Shown here: piece by piece, positions 11,894 through 24,139 of the stretch
Layout: every line of letters begins with the position of its first letter
Numbering within the stretch: the stretch's first letter is position 1
Assembly (NCBI RefSeq): GCF_032191835.1
Contig: NC_083237.1
Coordinates: 17,050,001 to 17,114,000 of the forward strand
DNA from: Heteronotia binoei
Lineage: Eukaryota
DNA length: 64,000 bases
Direction: 5' to 3'
Made by a program: the position numbers and the translations under genes
The notes under the pieces: generated by a model
What the model was told of the DNA's origin: nothing
Seen by the model: the letters and a program-made list of their open reading frames with translations, nothing else
The model's database searches: none

Positions 11894-12753
11894 CTTCTCA
11901 TCCTGCCTGCAGAGAAGATGAAATTATTATTCTCAGGGTGTAGAGTATTTCTAAAAACTAGCTATGGTTTGCTACCAGATTTACTGGGGTAAATTGCAAA
12001 CCAACTTATTAAGGCGAGTCGTTATCATGATCTCCATCCAAATGCTAGCAAAAGGTTCTCCAATTTCCTGTGTAAAGAAATTATCATAACCACGGCTTTT
12101 TTTGGTAGAAAAATCCCAGCAGGAGCTCATTTGCATGTTAGGCCACACCCCCTGACATCACCATTGTTTCACACGAGGCTTTTAAAAGAAACAATCCATC
12201 AGGAACTCATTTGCATATTAGGCCACTCCCACCTTGATGCCAAGCCAGCCTGAACTGCCTTCCTGTGCGTTCCTGCTCAAAAAAAGCCCTGATCATAACC
12301 ATGATTTACTAAATACATAGATGACGTCTATTTTTCCAGTTATTGCCCATTCCTATTACACATACATGTCCCCCCTCTCCTCTTGATTACCCAGCCTCAA
12401 GCAACACATGGGTGTTGATTTTTAGGAGGAAATTGCATCATGTGTGGGGGGAATTACAAAGTTCTTTCACTCTCCTGTTCTCACCTACATTCTCTGACTC
12501 TCTGCCTACCCAATACTTCACCCTCTATAGACACTGGTCCCTTCCTACATATTTCATCCCCAATGACTATAACCTTTAACCACATCTTTTAAATGCTCAC
12601 AGAGCTGCATGCAGCAAGCAGTTCCATTGTTTACAATGACGGCAATGAATTTTTTTTTTGTCAACGGAGTGGCCACTAATGGCAATCATGGATCTTAAAC
12701 TACAATCCCCAACTGCCCCCAAAGCTAAGGTGACAGCTAGGTATGGATTAAAC

Positions 12754-13246
12754 CAGGGGTGTTGAACTCATCTGTTATGAGGGCCGGATCTGACATAAAT
12801 GAGACCTTGTCGGGCCAAACCGGGCCATGTGTGTACCTATTTAAGATTAGGTAGCAGAGATATAAACTTTTTAAAGGACGCAGGCAAACATGACCGAAGA
12901 TTTTTTTTTAAAAAAAACTTAAAACATGCTTAAAACATTAACACTTATTGGTCTGAAAGGTGCTTTCTTTGTGTTTCTCCCTTGGGATCCAGGGAACTGG
13001 GTAAAGGAAGCTCTGGCTCTTTCCCTCCTTCCCCAGGGGACCAGAAGGGGGAGGAACCTCAACCAAGGGAGAAAATTGAGGTTTTGCTATGTAGCTCCTG
13101 TGCGATTGAGCAAGCCTTGCAAAGGAAGATGTAGAAGGAAGCAAGAAAGAGGGAGAAGGACGCAGACAAGAGCCAGTTACTTGAGAGATTGAAAGGAGCC
13201 CTGCGGGGGCCTGATAGGCCCCCAGGCTGCATGTTTGACACCCCTG
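12754..13246. mobile_element. hAT (Charlie-like) MITE, 493 bp
   Basis: TIR caggggtgttgaac / gtttgacacccctg; perfect 8-bp TSD gattaaac (12746-53/13247-54). Confidence 0.85.
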
Positions 13247-13639
13247 GATTAAACAGTCTAATGAAGGAGAAGGCTACAGCTGGAAGAATTCCAGCTAGAG
13301 CTTCTTCTGACAAAGCACTTTCCAGTAGGAGGGGTACCTATTGCACAAGTTTTGTGCTTTTTAAAGAAATGTTGAAGTAGATTGTGGATCAGAACTGGAG
13401 TCCAAATTGGCACAGACTGCATTCAGTGCCAGAAATGTATCTTCAAACAAACCTAGAGTTCTCCCACACACACACCAGTCTTCCCAAGAGTATTGCAGAC
13501 CTAGTGGCACACTTGTGAATGTTGTAAATAAACACAGCAATTTAAATGAGCATCAAGGTGACAAAATGCTTAGGGGCTCTGATCATACTACAAGCCTAAG
13601 CAATGAGCCCATGGTATATCATGAACATATGAAGCTGCC

Positions 13640-13815
13640 TTATACTCAGTCCATCAAAGTCAGTATTGTCTACTCAGACTGGCAGCAGCTCTCCAGGGTC
13701 TCAAGCTGAGGTGTTTCACGCCTATTTGCCTGGACCCTTTTTTTAGTGGAGATTCCAGGGATTGAACCTGGGACCTTCTGCTTCCTAAGCAGGTGCTCTG
13801 CCACTGAGCCACCAT
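13640..13815 (-). mobile_element. tRNA-derived SINE; other copies at ~4375-4505 (-), ~60215-60295 (+)
   Basis: A/B-box head ggtggctcagtggcagagcacctgc...ggttcaatccctgg followed by a non-tRNA body. Confidence 0.7.
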
Positions 13816-14401
13816 CCCGCTGTCCTTTGCACCAAGAAGGTTTGGGCACTTGGCTCTCTTGTTTTTCACCTATCTCAAAGCCCACTCTATTAACTTTGAC
13901 CAGAAATGAACCAATGGCATATTTTGGGCAGTAAGAAGGTTTGAGCACTCAGCTCTCTAGTTTGTTTGCTTTCCATATTTCAAGGATTTTATTAAATAAT
14001 AAAAGCATTTACAAAATAAATGGAAACATATAAATAACATATAGGACCTGTGAAACTCATGCAAAAATAAGACATTGCTTGGTGAGAAGTCAATGGTCTA
14101 AACAATCCAAAGATTTATAATGGTACTATTTCCCATAAAGACTGAAATATATAATTGGCAGGAAAGTGGAACACCCAAAGTTATTGTCTTTCCTGAGTAG
14201 ATAGAAAATTAATACGGGGGGGGGGGGGGGGGGGAGGGGGGTGAAATCCCAGCATCCTCACCTTCTCAAAGTTCACTCTATTAACTTTGACCAGAATGAG
14301 CTTTAATTATCATACTGCTCTGAGACTCTGGGTGAAAGGCAGGGTATAAATCCAACATCTTCTTCATTGGACTCTCCAAGACTTGAAGGAAAAGCTTACA
14401 C

Positions 14402-14537
14402 CAGGGGTGGCCAACGGTAGCTCTTCAGATGCTTTTTGCCTGCAACTCCCATCAGCCCCAGCCAGCATGGCTGCTGGCTGGGGCTGATGGGAGTTGTAGG
14501 CAAAAAACATCTGGAGAACTACCGTTGGCCACCCCTG
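14402..14537. mobile_element. Palindromic hAT MITE, 136 bp; second copy at 47588-47722
   Basis: Almost fully self-complementary; perfect 8-bp TSD gcttacac; the second copy has TSD cactagcc/cactaacc. Confidence 0.9.
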
Positions 14538-16141
14538 GCTTACACCATATCTCATGTGGGGGCTCCAGGAGGCAAGTATCTTTGTTCTGCTTTCAAAAGT
14601 GTGCCCTTGGCAGAGTCTAGGTTGCCAACTGCTTTATAAGGCTAGTTCCTTCACTATCCAAATGCATCCAGGGTTTACGAGCGATAAAACAACAGAGTCA
14701 AAAGAGAATTACAGCTTTGAACACACATCCCCAAATAAATATATGGATAATGTATGTTCCCGGTTGGTAGTTTAATATTGCTGGGGGTTGTAATCCCCAT
14801 TCAAAAGAGGAATTCGTGATACCCATTGCTTCTGAGAACATTCTTTAGGAATAATCTGGAAGCTTTGTATATGGAGTCAAAGCAATGTTCACTGTAGCCC
14901 AGAACTATCTCTGCATATACTTCTATGTCCTCTTACCTAAGATATTTGCAGTAGATAGAAGATGTGGCTGCTTGCTGACTTCCTTTTTGCTTCAGATATG
15001 AAAGATTTACTGTTTGGGTTAAGCTGATAAAGACTGAGGAAAGAGTCTATGAAGATTACTCTGATCCTTTTGGGATTTTGCTCTGGATCATTATTAATAG
15101 ATTGTTGTTGTTGACTCTCCTGAGTATCAGTTATTCAGACTCACAATATAGGAAAAGATATTATGACCTCAACAAAAAACTTTGAAAGGAAGAAAATCAT
15201 GCAATGTAGCCTGCCAAATACTTTTCTTCTCCACCCCCGCAATAGTACACATATTCTAAAAATGTGGGAAATCTTTAATATTTTTTATTGAACCTCTTTC
15301 CAATCCTGCATGCCAAAAGAAAGGTGCGGGACAACCACATCCTGTATTTATTTTATTCAGAAAAAACAACATAGCACTCCAACCACAGTCAGATAACAAC
15401 TCCATGAGAATTCCATGACTTGACAAAACATTCACTGGATAGGCAACAGACTTAAGAACATAAGAAGAGCCTTGCTGGATTAGACCTGTGGTCCATGTAG
15501 TCCAGCATCCAGTCTCAAATAGTGGCCAACCAGTTCTTCTGGATGGTCAACAACAGGGCGTGGAGGCCGAGGTCTTTCCCTGATGTCCTCTCTGGACTCT
15601 GGGATTCAGAGGCTTTGTGCCTCTGAATGTGAAGGTTCCCCTCAGTCACCATGACTAGTAGCCACTGATAGACCTGTCCTTCATGAATCCTCCATGACTT
15701 AATACTCTTTGAACTGGAAATTCCTTAATGTTTGAGCAATGACCCCCCCATACTGTATTTCAGGCTGCCTCCCCACTTCACTTTGAGGGAAATCAAGATT
15801 GCCGGGTGTGTCTTCCCTAAAAGGCAGTAAGTTCATTTATTACTGACTGGAAAGTTCTTATAGACTTTTTTACATGAAACAGATAATAATGGTCTATTGA
15901 TTTATGGTTTAGGGGGGATAAGAATAATAGATCATAAAAAAAAGAGCTCTTTTTTTGTATGTGTAGGTTAATAGATAATAGAAAAAAGAGCTCTTATTTT
16001 GAATGTATAGGTTAAGAGAAAATTATGTAATTAAACTTATGTTTGTCATAGAGAAAATTGGAAGCCTGTTTTCTTTTTAATTTATATACATATGTATATT
16101 CTTTTGTTCTTTCTTTTCTCGTGTTCTTTGTATGGTGTATA

Positions 16142-16543
16142 CAGGGCTGGCTCGCCCACTAGGCAAACTAGGTGGTTGCCTAGGGTGCCGGGAGGGTGGG
16201 GGTACCCCCTTCCTGTCCCTTCCCTTCACTCCCCTGCCCCCCCACTCCGGTTCCAGAAAGGAGGGGGGAGCCAAGCCTTCATTTCAGCCCGTTCATTCAA
16301 AAGATAAGTTTCACTGGCGTCAGGCTGTGAGTGGAGGGGGGGGAGGGAACGGTTGGGAAGGGGGTGCCATTGCTGCCTCGCCGCGGCAGGGGGGTTGTGA
16401 TGGAGCATGGCACTGCGTTGCAGCGCCACACTGGGGGGTGGAAGGCAATGGCGGGGGGGCACCTTTGGGTGGCACTGGCTGGGAGCGGTGGGGGGAGCCA
16501 GGGGGCTCCTGCCAAGGCACCACGATCCCACAGGCTGGCCCTG
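16142..16543. mobile_element. GC-rich hAT MITE, 402 bp
   Basis: TIR cagggctggc / gctggccctg; 8-bp TSD ggtgtata/gttgtata. Confidence 0.75.
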
Positions 16544-16593
16544 GTTGTATATCTCTTATGCTTTGTTAGTGTTTTCTTTTTCTTCCTAATAAT

Positions 16594-16612
16594 ATCTATC
16601 TATCTATCTATC

Positions 16613-16672
<60 letters not shown>
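16594..16672. repeat. (TCTA)n tetranucleotide microsatellite
   Basis: About 19 tandem TCTA units directly visible. Confidence 0.95.
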
Positions 16673-16674
<2 letters not shown>

Positions 16675-16750
16675 ATGAAACAGTGTCTATTTTATGGTGG
16701 GAAGACCATTGTGAAATGGACTGAATGAAATATTATTACTGAAAAGTCTT

Positions 16751-16940
16751 NNNNNNNNNNNNNNNNNNNNNNNNNNNNNNNNNNNNNNNNNNNNNNNNNN
16801 NNNNNNNNNNNNNNNNNNNNNNNNNNNNNNNNNNNNNNNNNNNNNNNNNNNNNNNNNNNNNNNNNNNNNNNNNNNNNNNNNNNNNNNNNNNNNNNNNNNN
16901 NNNNNNNNNNNNNNNNNNNNNNNNNNNNNNNNNNNNNNNN
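16751..16940. other. Assembly gap (190 N)
   Basis: Run of N. Confidence 1.
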
Positions 16941-17746
16941 TTTATAGTGGGAAGACAATTGAGAAATGGACTGAATGAAATATTATTCCTGAAAAGTCTT
17001 AAATAGCAAGAGTTTTAACTGTGCAACCACTACCGCTGATCTTATAATTACACAGTCCGTTGCATAACAGCTTATATATCTCATTGCCTAATGTTTGGCA
17101 GGGATGTGGAATAATCTGGTGTAACCTGATCTCATCAGGTTTCCAAATCTATGCAAGGTAAGTTCTCCCATGTTGTCAATGTGACTCATTGTTTCATTTT
17201 ATTTCTATTGTTTATCTCACTAATGTTCAATGAATGGGACAGGCAAAGATATGCTTATTAACTGTGTGTGCCACACAGGCCTCTGACATAGATCAGGCTG
17301 AGGGAAAATTCCATCCCAAAGCCACTGGACAAACTTTGAAGTTTAGCAGAAACACTATCTGCCTTGTCCAAATCCAATATTCAGACCACTTCCATTTAGC
17401 ATTTGGCAGACCTTTGGCAAAACCAGGAACCTTTTAGGAAGATGTCAAGAGAGCAAGTTTGGTTTCGTGGTTAAGAGCTGTAGACTCTAATCCGGAGAAC
17501 TGGGGTTGATTCCCCACTCCTCCACATGCAGCTGCTGGGTGACTTTGGCTCGTTCACAGTTCTCTCAGAGTTGTTCTCTCGAGAGCTGCTCTCCCTGAGC
17601 TCTCTCAGCCCCACCTAATCCACAGAGTGTCTGTTCTGGGGACAGGAGGGGAAGGAGATCATAAGCTGCTGAGTGAAGGGTGGGGCATCAATTCAATCTC
17701 CTTTTCTTCTTCTTCTCTTCAATACTCAACTTTTCTGCTTAACACC

Positions 17747-18670
17747 TCATTGTCGCAGCACTTTGGACACTGCCTTATGGACATCTTTGTTCCGCAGAGT
17801 GTAAATGATTGGGTTGAGCAGAGGGGCCACCAGAACATAAAAAACAGCAACTTGCTTGTCGCGATTAGGTGATGCACTTGAACGAGGAATCATGTACATA
17901 GATATGACAGTTCCATAGAATACGGTAACAACCACAAGATGGGAGGCACATGTGGAGAAGGCCTTGCGCCGTCCTGCAGCTGACTTCGTTTGTAACACAG
18001 AGTACAGTATGAGCCCGTAGGAGGTCAGAATAACAAGAACAGGAATCACAAGGACCATGGCTGCCATTGCAAAAACAATGGCCTCCGTTATGTGAGTGTC
18101 ATCACATGCAAGTTTTAACACTACTGGCATCTCACACATGAAGTGATTGATGTGGTTGGGACCACAGTAGGAGTGGCGAAAGGTGCAGCACACATATATC
18201 ACACCAAAGAGGAGACCTATTGCCCAGCAAGTGGAAGCAAGCTGCAATTGACGTAACTTGCTCATGACGACTGCATACATCAGGGGCTGGAAAATGGCCA
18301 GGTACCGGTCATAGGCCATGATCCCTAACAGAAAGCATTCCACTGTTCCCAAAGTCAATACAACAAATATCTGGACCATACAGCGGGTGTAGGAGATTAT
18401 TCCATTTCCAGATAGGAGGTGAGCTAGTATCTGGGGCTGCATGACAGCAACATAACAGATCTCAAGGCTGGAGAGATTTGTGAGGAAGAAGTACATAGGT
18501 GTCTGGAGGCTGGAGTCGACCTGCACCAACATTACAATGATCAAGTTACCCGTAAGAGTAAGGACATAGATGAGGAGGATTATTATAAAGAGCAGAATCT
18601 GTGTATTGCGATGGTTAGATAGGCCATCCAAGATGAACTCGGTGACAGATGTGAAGTTCCAAGCACCCAT
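17747..18670 (-). CDS. Olfactory receptor, class II, intact, 307 aa (OR-3)
   Basis: Motifs LQTPMYFFL, MAYDRYLAI, KAFSTCASHL, NPIIYTLRNKDV; start at MGAWNFT by homology to OR-1/2; acceptor-like ctacaag at ~18684. Confidence 0.94.
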   Translation of the reverse strand: MGAWNFTSVTEFILDGLSNHRNTQILLFIIILLIYVLTLTGNLIIVMLVQVDSSLQTPMYFFLTNLSSLEICYVAVMQPQILAHLLSGNGIISYTRCMVQIFVVLTLGTVECFLLGIMAYDRYLAIFQPLMYAVVMSKLRQLQLASTCWAIGLLFGVIYVCCTFRHSYCGPNHINHFMCEMPVVLKLACDDTHITEAIVFAMAAMVLVIPVLVILTSYGLILYSVLQTKSAAGRRKAFSTCASHLVVVTVFYGTVISMYMIPRSSASPNRDKQVAVFYVLVAPLLNPIIYTLRNKDVHKAVSKVLRQ

Positions 18671-21600
18671 CCTGTTCTCCTGCTTGTAGAGGAAGGGCAA
18701 CAAGAAGAGAGGGTGATATTTTTTCATATACATGTTTCCTCAGCTTACAACAGTAATTACGACCTGAAGACTCTCTGGAATCAATTACCCACTAACACAT
18801 TGAAAACCAGATAGAAATTATACCTCTTACTGATCCAGAGCATGCTGCTTCATTTCCCACTACTGAAGATCAGATTCTCTGTAAGGAGAGATGGAAGTCA
18901 TGACGGCCACCTTTACCAAGGAGGTTCTGTCCTCTAGGATTGAAAGAGCTAGAGACTTAATCAAAACCCTAATGCTACAGCAGACTAAGCCTAAGAGAAG
19001 AGCTGCTTTAGGCAGAACCAATCAAGTACACTCTAATTTGACTGGCAGAAGCTTCTCTGAACTATAAGGGGATGACCTTCCTTGTAGTAAAAATACCCAA
19101 GAGCCTTTGAGAATCATATACAAAACCCCTAAACCAAGCAACAGGGTGAATCCTACAGCCCCACCCCCATCCCACTACTCCAGTGAGAAAGGTTATTAAA
19201 GTATTTATACCCTAGCTTTCATTTTGGATCAAGTTTGAAGTCTTCCTCCATCTAAGGAGACTTCCTCTGGTTTACCTCATTTTCCATTGGAGGAAGGGCC
19301 ACAAGATGGAAGAAGGTTACTTTGAAAATGGTTGGATCCACCACTGTTCTGCCTGCGCAAGAGAGCAGAGAATTAATTCAGAAAGAAGAAGGAGATGCTG
19401 TACCTTTAAATGCATGGGGTTATGGGTTTTGTAGTTCTTTAGGTGCTGTAGTTCAGGTGGGATTATATAATTCCCCTTAACTGGCTAATTGTGGAAGGTT
19501 CCGGCCCCCTTCGCGGACCCGGGGAAGTTTTATTATCCTTTTCCTGTCTGTTTTACAATCTTTTGTTAACTAGTAGTTCAACATGGAGACCCAGGGGCGA
19601 AGGTCTGTCTTTCCACTTCTCATCCATCATTTGTAAAAGCTATTTCAGCATGCATGTCCCACTTGTTGACAGGGCACAGTGAGTACTCTTTAAAATGCTT
19701 TGGATGTCAGTAAAGTCTGTAAAAGTTCTGCAAGTGTGTTTGTGCGAGCTGGCCACACCTAGGCACAGCAGCTAGAAAGAGCTAGCCTAGCTGCTGGGGC
19801 TCCGGAATAACCACAGTATTTTGCATCCAGAAACTGAGGAGTAAGCCCTACATCAGCCCATCAGTCAGCATTGTAATGATCTCCATCCGCCCAGTAGCAT
19901 GATCTTCTATTACCATCTCCAGCAATCATTTATTTGATTGCAACTTTTAAGGCTTTCTCATTGGACCGTCATGTTTTAAAATGCCCTACATTATCTTTGC
20001 AGAGTTCATTTTCACCATGATCCTCTGTAGCCATAACAAGTATTTGTAGTTCACCCATTGTTGAGATTTTGGACATAAAATGAATACATGGTTTAGCTAA
20101 ACACTGTTCTCAGAGGAGTTAAACCTGGTTGGATGAACCCCTTTCCTCCTGATGGGTGTCTATAGGAAGACAACAGCAAGTCCTTCTTGCCATCTTGTAA
20201 AATCAAGAGGCTACAGGTTACATCTGAGTCTGATGAACATCAACCCTGTTCTGTACAGGCACAATAATGAACCAGCATGAGTTGCTATTCAACTCTCCAT
20301 AAGTAATGCATGTGCATGTGAAAGAGAAATACCAATTTCTCACTAGCATTATCCTGCTTTTCCTATTCTATTTCCTGCAGTTAATTCACGGGCATATTTT
20401 GATGTGCCGCTCTCTCCAGTTCCCCTTGTGGTTTCTTAATCCTTAAAAGGCAGCATCTCAAAGCTGTGAGGGGAACTGGAGGGAGTCACGTGTCAAAATG
20501 TGCCTGTGGAGCAACTGGTGGGAAAGCAATCACTTGCACTGGGGGAAACAGATGCCTGGGGGTGGAGGAACACTAGTGAGAAATAAGAGAATGTTGAGAT
20601 ATGGAGGTGCAGTTTGGATAGGATAAAAGAGGAGAATCAGCTGGATGTTGAGGAAAGGTGAGAGGACGAAATAGCAAAAGGTGCTGAAAAATGAACAAAT
20701 AGGGAATGAGCTGGAATCAAGTAGAAAACAGATTAAAGTAGCCAATCCCTATCATATAACTGTTGAGCCCATTGTGGGAAGGTGGGTTATAAATAAATAA
20801 ATATGGGTAGGGGTCGTTTGGTAGAAAAATAGGTGGTGGAGCTCATCCAGGGATTGTTATGCAGCTGCACCTACTATTCAATGGACAAGGTGGGAAGGAG
20901 GAGGGGGAACTCTCAGAAAGGTTCAGGAGCTGTGCTCCTGTGAGCTCCCCCTGAACCCGAGGTCTGCTGGTGGGTAGAATGGAAATGTTCCTCAAGTTTG
21001 TAATTTGGAAACTTGGAATCTGATGGACCTCTGGACTAATCGGGTCATACTATTGAAGCAGAGTTTTTAAGTCTGTATTTCAGCTGTTTTATATTGTAAT
21101 TTTAATCTTGTTTTAATTGTTAACCTCTGATGGAACCTACTCTGAGACTGCTTTTTGGGAAGAGTGGGATATAAGTCAAACAAAACAAAAATAAAATAGG
21201 AATTCATTAAAGCATCACAGGACAATTATTAGCAATGTGGTGGATGCTTTCATAGGATGGTGAAAAGGAAGAATAAGAGATGTCCTATTCAGGGACAACG
21301 GAACAAAATTATTTTCATCAGTGACTAAAACTATACTTTGCACACTGGTCTGGTACATGAAATCATGTAGTTGCTTTATCTCTATTGCTATGATTTTGAA
21401 AGGAAATTAAAGCACATGAGAACAGACGGAACAGCAATACTAAATCACCAATCCATACAATTTGGTTCAGATGTGCTGTCCCTTAAATTATGACTCCAAC
21501 ACACCTGAAGCCAATGGAAGTCTCCTCATACGTTGGACAAGAAGTGAGTTCAAATGCAAAAGCAAACTCCTCTTCTGAAGTAGTTGACAGAGTGGGTACC

Positions 21601-22740
21601 ATCCACCCATCCCACTCCACAAATATGCCTTCCTGGTTACCTGGGTGGAAGGCTGAGGTAAAATGTACTCCACTATTAATGGGCTAAACATGCAGCAAAG
21701 ATGTCAGACTATTTATGGAGTACATCATAGAAAATGGAAGGGAGAGTAATGAAGGATTAAACAAAAGCTACATTTCATGGAAGGTTTTCAGCATTGAGAG
21801 ATATTAAAAAGGCAAAACTCATGAAAAGGGATGTGTTTTCATTGGGTGTTTAAGAACAGTGTAGAAAGGGGCAAAAATGCAAGTCATAAAATTTGGTAAA
21901 ATTTCAAGATAGAACATGCCTACAAATTCAGCCATTGGAGTTATAACCAAGGGAAGAGGGATTGTCCCCAACAAAAAGTATGAGCTAAAATTATAAGAAA
22001 ATCTTCTATCGCAAATGCAAAGTATCATACCTTCATGCTTGTCCCAGGCACGCCTCATAAAAGAAGTAAGAATCTTTCATGGTAACAGCTTTCCCAGGTT
22101 ATACAAAAGTCAGATGTGTTAACAAACAAGAGGTTGAAAAATCATGAGGAACTTCTTCAAGTAGTTTGTGACATTGACTGAATCCATGATCCTCACATGC
22201 AGGAGAAAAGTTTCTCCATCCTATTTTGAAAATGTTGCAAGTGCAGGATCTTGGTTGTCTAATGCTTATTGGCTAATTTCTCCAGTTTGAGAGGTGAAAA
22301 CATCTGAGATTCCCTAGCTCTAAAACAGCATACTAAGCAGATAATGAAATCTTTGGACAGATCCGCATGCCCAAAGAACAATGGCTCTTAGCTAGCTTCC
22401 TATTGCTTGGCGTTTGCATCTCCACTAAGAGTTTGGAAGGAAATTAGGATGCCCAAAGTTTCCAAAGAGCTCTTCTCCCTCTCCTCTTGGATGTGAAACT
22501 GCTTTCATCAGACAATTGGAGTATCCCAGCCAGAACTCTCTGTTTGGAATTGTAGCAGCTCTGGGAAGTCCCCAAGTAGAAGTCCTCCCATGCCCTCTTG
22601 TCTAAGAATCTTTGCTTGCACTAACACATGGTCCCCAAACTACCATAATGGGTGATCCTCCAACCGAAGACTGCCCATGAGATGATGACCAATCAACCTG
22701 TGCACCTGTCTGATTATTCTGCCTGATTAAACAGCCTGGA

Positions 22741-23023
22741 GAGCCAGTTTGGTGTAGTGGTTAAGTGTGCGGACTCTTATCTGGGAGAACCGGGTTTGAT
22801 TCCCCACTCCTCCACTTGCAGCTGCTGGAATGGCCTTGGGTTATCCACAGCTCTGGCAGAGGTTGTCCTTGAAAGGGCAGCTGCTGTGAGAGCCCTCTCC
22901 AGCCCCACCCACCTCACAGGGTGTCTGTTGTGGGGGAGGAAGGTAAAGGAGATTGTGAGCCGCTCTGAGACTCTTCGGAGTGGAGGGCGGGATATAAATC
23001 CAATATCTTCTTCTTCTTCTTCT
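22741..23023 (+). mobile_element. tRNA-derived, L2-tailed SINE with (CTT)n tail (Squam3-like); copies at 7895-8164 (-), 8727-8984 (+), ~17450-17715 (+), 39156-39438 (-), 50093-50246 (-, partial), 60892-61234 (-)
   Basis: Near-identical ~280-bp copies starting gagccagtttggtgtagtggttaag; the 3' end matches the L2 3' end at 32105-32160. Confidence 0.85.
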
Positions 23024-23629
23024 TAAAAGATGTGACAGCATGCTAAATTGCTTCACCTTCTGAAATGGGAAAGAGTGGAAGTTTCAGTAAGGTAATAAAG
23101 ACCGTGGCTCTGTTCCAGAAGGGCTGCTCTGATCCCCATGGTGGTTTTCCTGTGGATCGTTAGTGTTTGTTGTTTCTTCTTTCAGCCTCTTGGGTCTTGA
23201 AACCGGCACGATGTGGAAAATGTATCCCAACTTTTCAACAAAAAGAAGAAAGCCCTATAATGTAAGCTGCCCAAACTCTTGTCTTACGTGACTGAAGCCT
23301 CTCCCCCCTTTTTTTGCAGTTTCTTGGCAAATGAGAAGAACAGAGGAAAAGCATCTTTAATGTTTTAAATAGCTATTTAGTATGTCTCTGTTCCTCCCTT
23401 CAAGGAGGTCAGAATGATGCTACACAGTCCAATGCCATGTATGCTTGTTCAAAACAAGGCCTATTGAATTCAATGAGTGGTTGGTTTTTCCAATCAAGAA
23501 CCCTGCTATTTGTTGGTGATCTCCTATCCAAATCCTCATAAGGGCCGACCCTGCTTAGCTTCCAAGATCCAATGAGACCAGGCTAGCCTGGGCCACCCAG
23601 GTCAAGGCTTAAGGGTATTTACTGCCAAG

Positions 23630-23800
23630 CAGGGGTCACTTTGTAGAAAAAAATAGGTGGTGGAGCTCATCCAGGGATTGTTATGCGTCTACACCTATTA
23701 TTCAATGGGGAGATGGTAGATAGGTGGGGAGGAAGAGGGGGAGCCCTCAGAAAGGTTCAAGAGCTGTGCTCCTGTGAACTCCTGCTGAATTCAAGGCCTC
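23630..23800. mobile_element. Short hAT MITE family (~145-170 bp); copies at 2892-3051, 20809-20966, 53496-53639
   Basis: Perfect 8-bp TSDs ctgccaag (23622-29/23801-08) and gtcatgaa (53488-95/53640-47); shared gtagaaaaataggtggtggagctc core. Confidence 0.8.
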
Positions 23801-23852
23801 CTGCCAAGTAAGTAAACATATCATTGTAGCCAAGGTCAGAAAGCAACCCTAT

Positions 23853-24139
23853 GGGCGTTTTCGCACTGACCTTCAAGTGGTGCGACCACCCTCCTCACGC
23901 CGGCGGATCTGCAGGGATTTCGCACCAGAAGCGCCGGCGCACCCAAAAGAGCCGGCGACTTCCGTCGCGAAACCAGCTCAAACGGAAACCGACAAGAAGC
24001 AGGAAAACGTTTGAGCTGGTTTCGCGACGGAAGTCGCCGGCTCTTTTGGGTGCGCCGGCGCTTCTGGTGCGAAATCCCTGCAGATCTGCCGGCGTGAGGA
24101 GGGTGGTCGCACCACTTGAAGGTGAGTGCGAAAACGCCC
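23853..24139. mobile_element. 287-bp near-perfect palindromic MITE (Harbinger-like)
   Basis: 132-bp arms (23853-23984 / 24008-24139) with 2 mismatches, 23-nt spacer, 3-bp TSD TAT, termini GGGCGTTTTCGCAC. Confidence 0.8.

Noticed and set aside
12129-12216. Two octamer motifs ATTTGCAT upstream of OR-2
   Set aside because: Part of a dispersed MITE also seen at ~10070-10168 and ~26075-26245; not OR-specific.
13745-13815. tRNA-like cloverleaf (also 4450-4505, 60215-60290, SINE heads)
   Set aside because: Embedded in SINE bodies with mismatched stems; not a tRNA gene.
14216-14241. Poly-G run (possible G-quadruplex)
   Set aside because: A simple homopolymer, possibly a sequencing artefact; no context suggesting function.
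21480-22260. AT-rich stretch that might be a decayed transposase or endogenous viral element
   Set aside because: Stop-codon density looks random and no motif could be recognised by eye.
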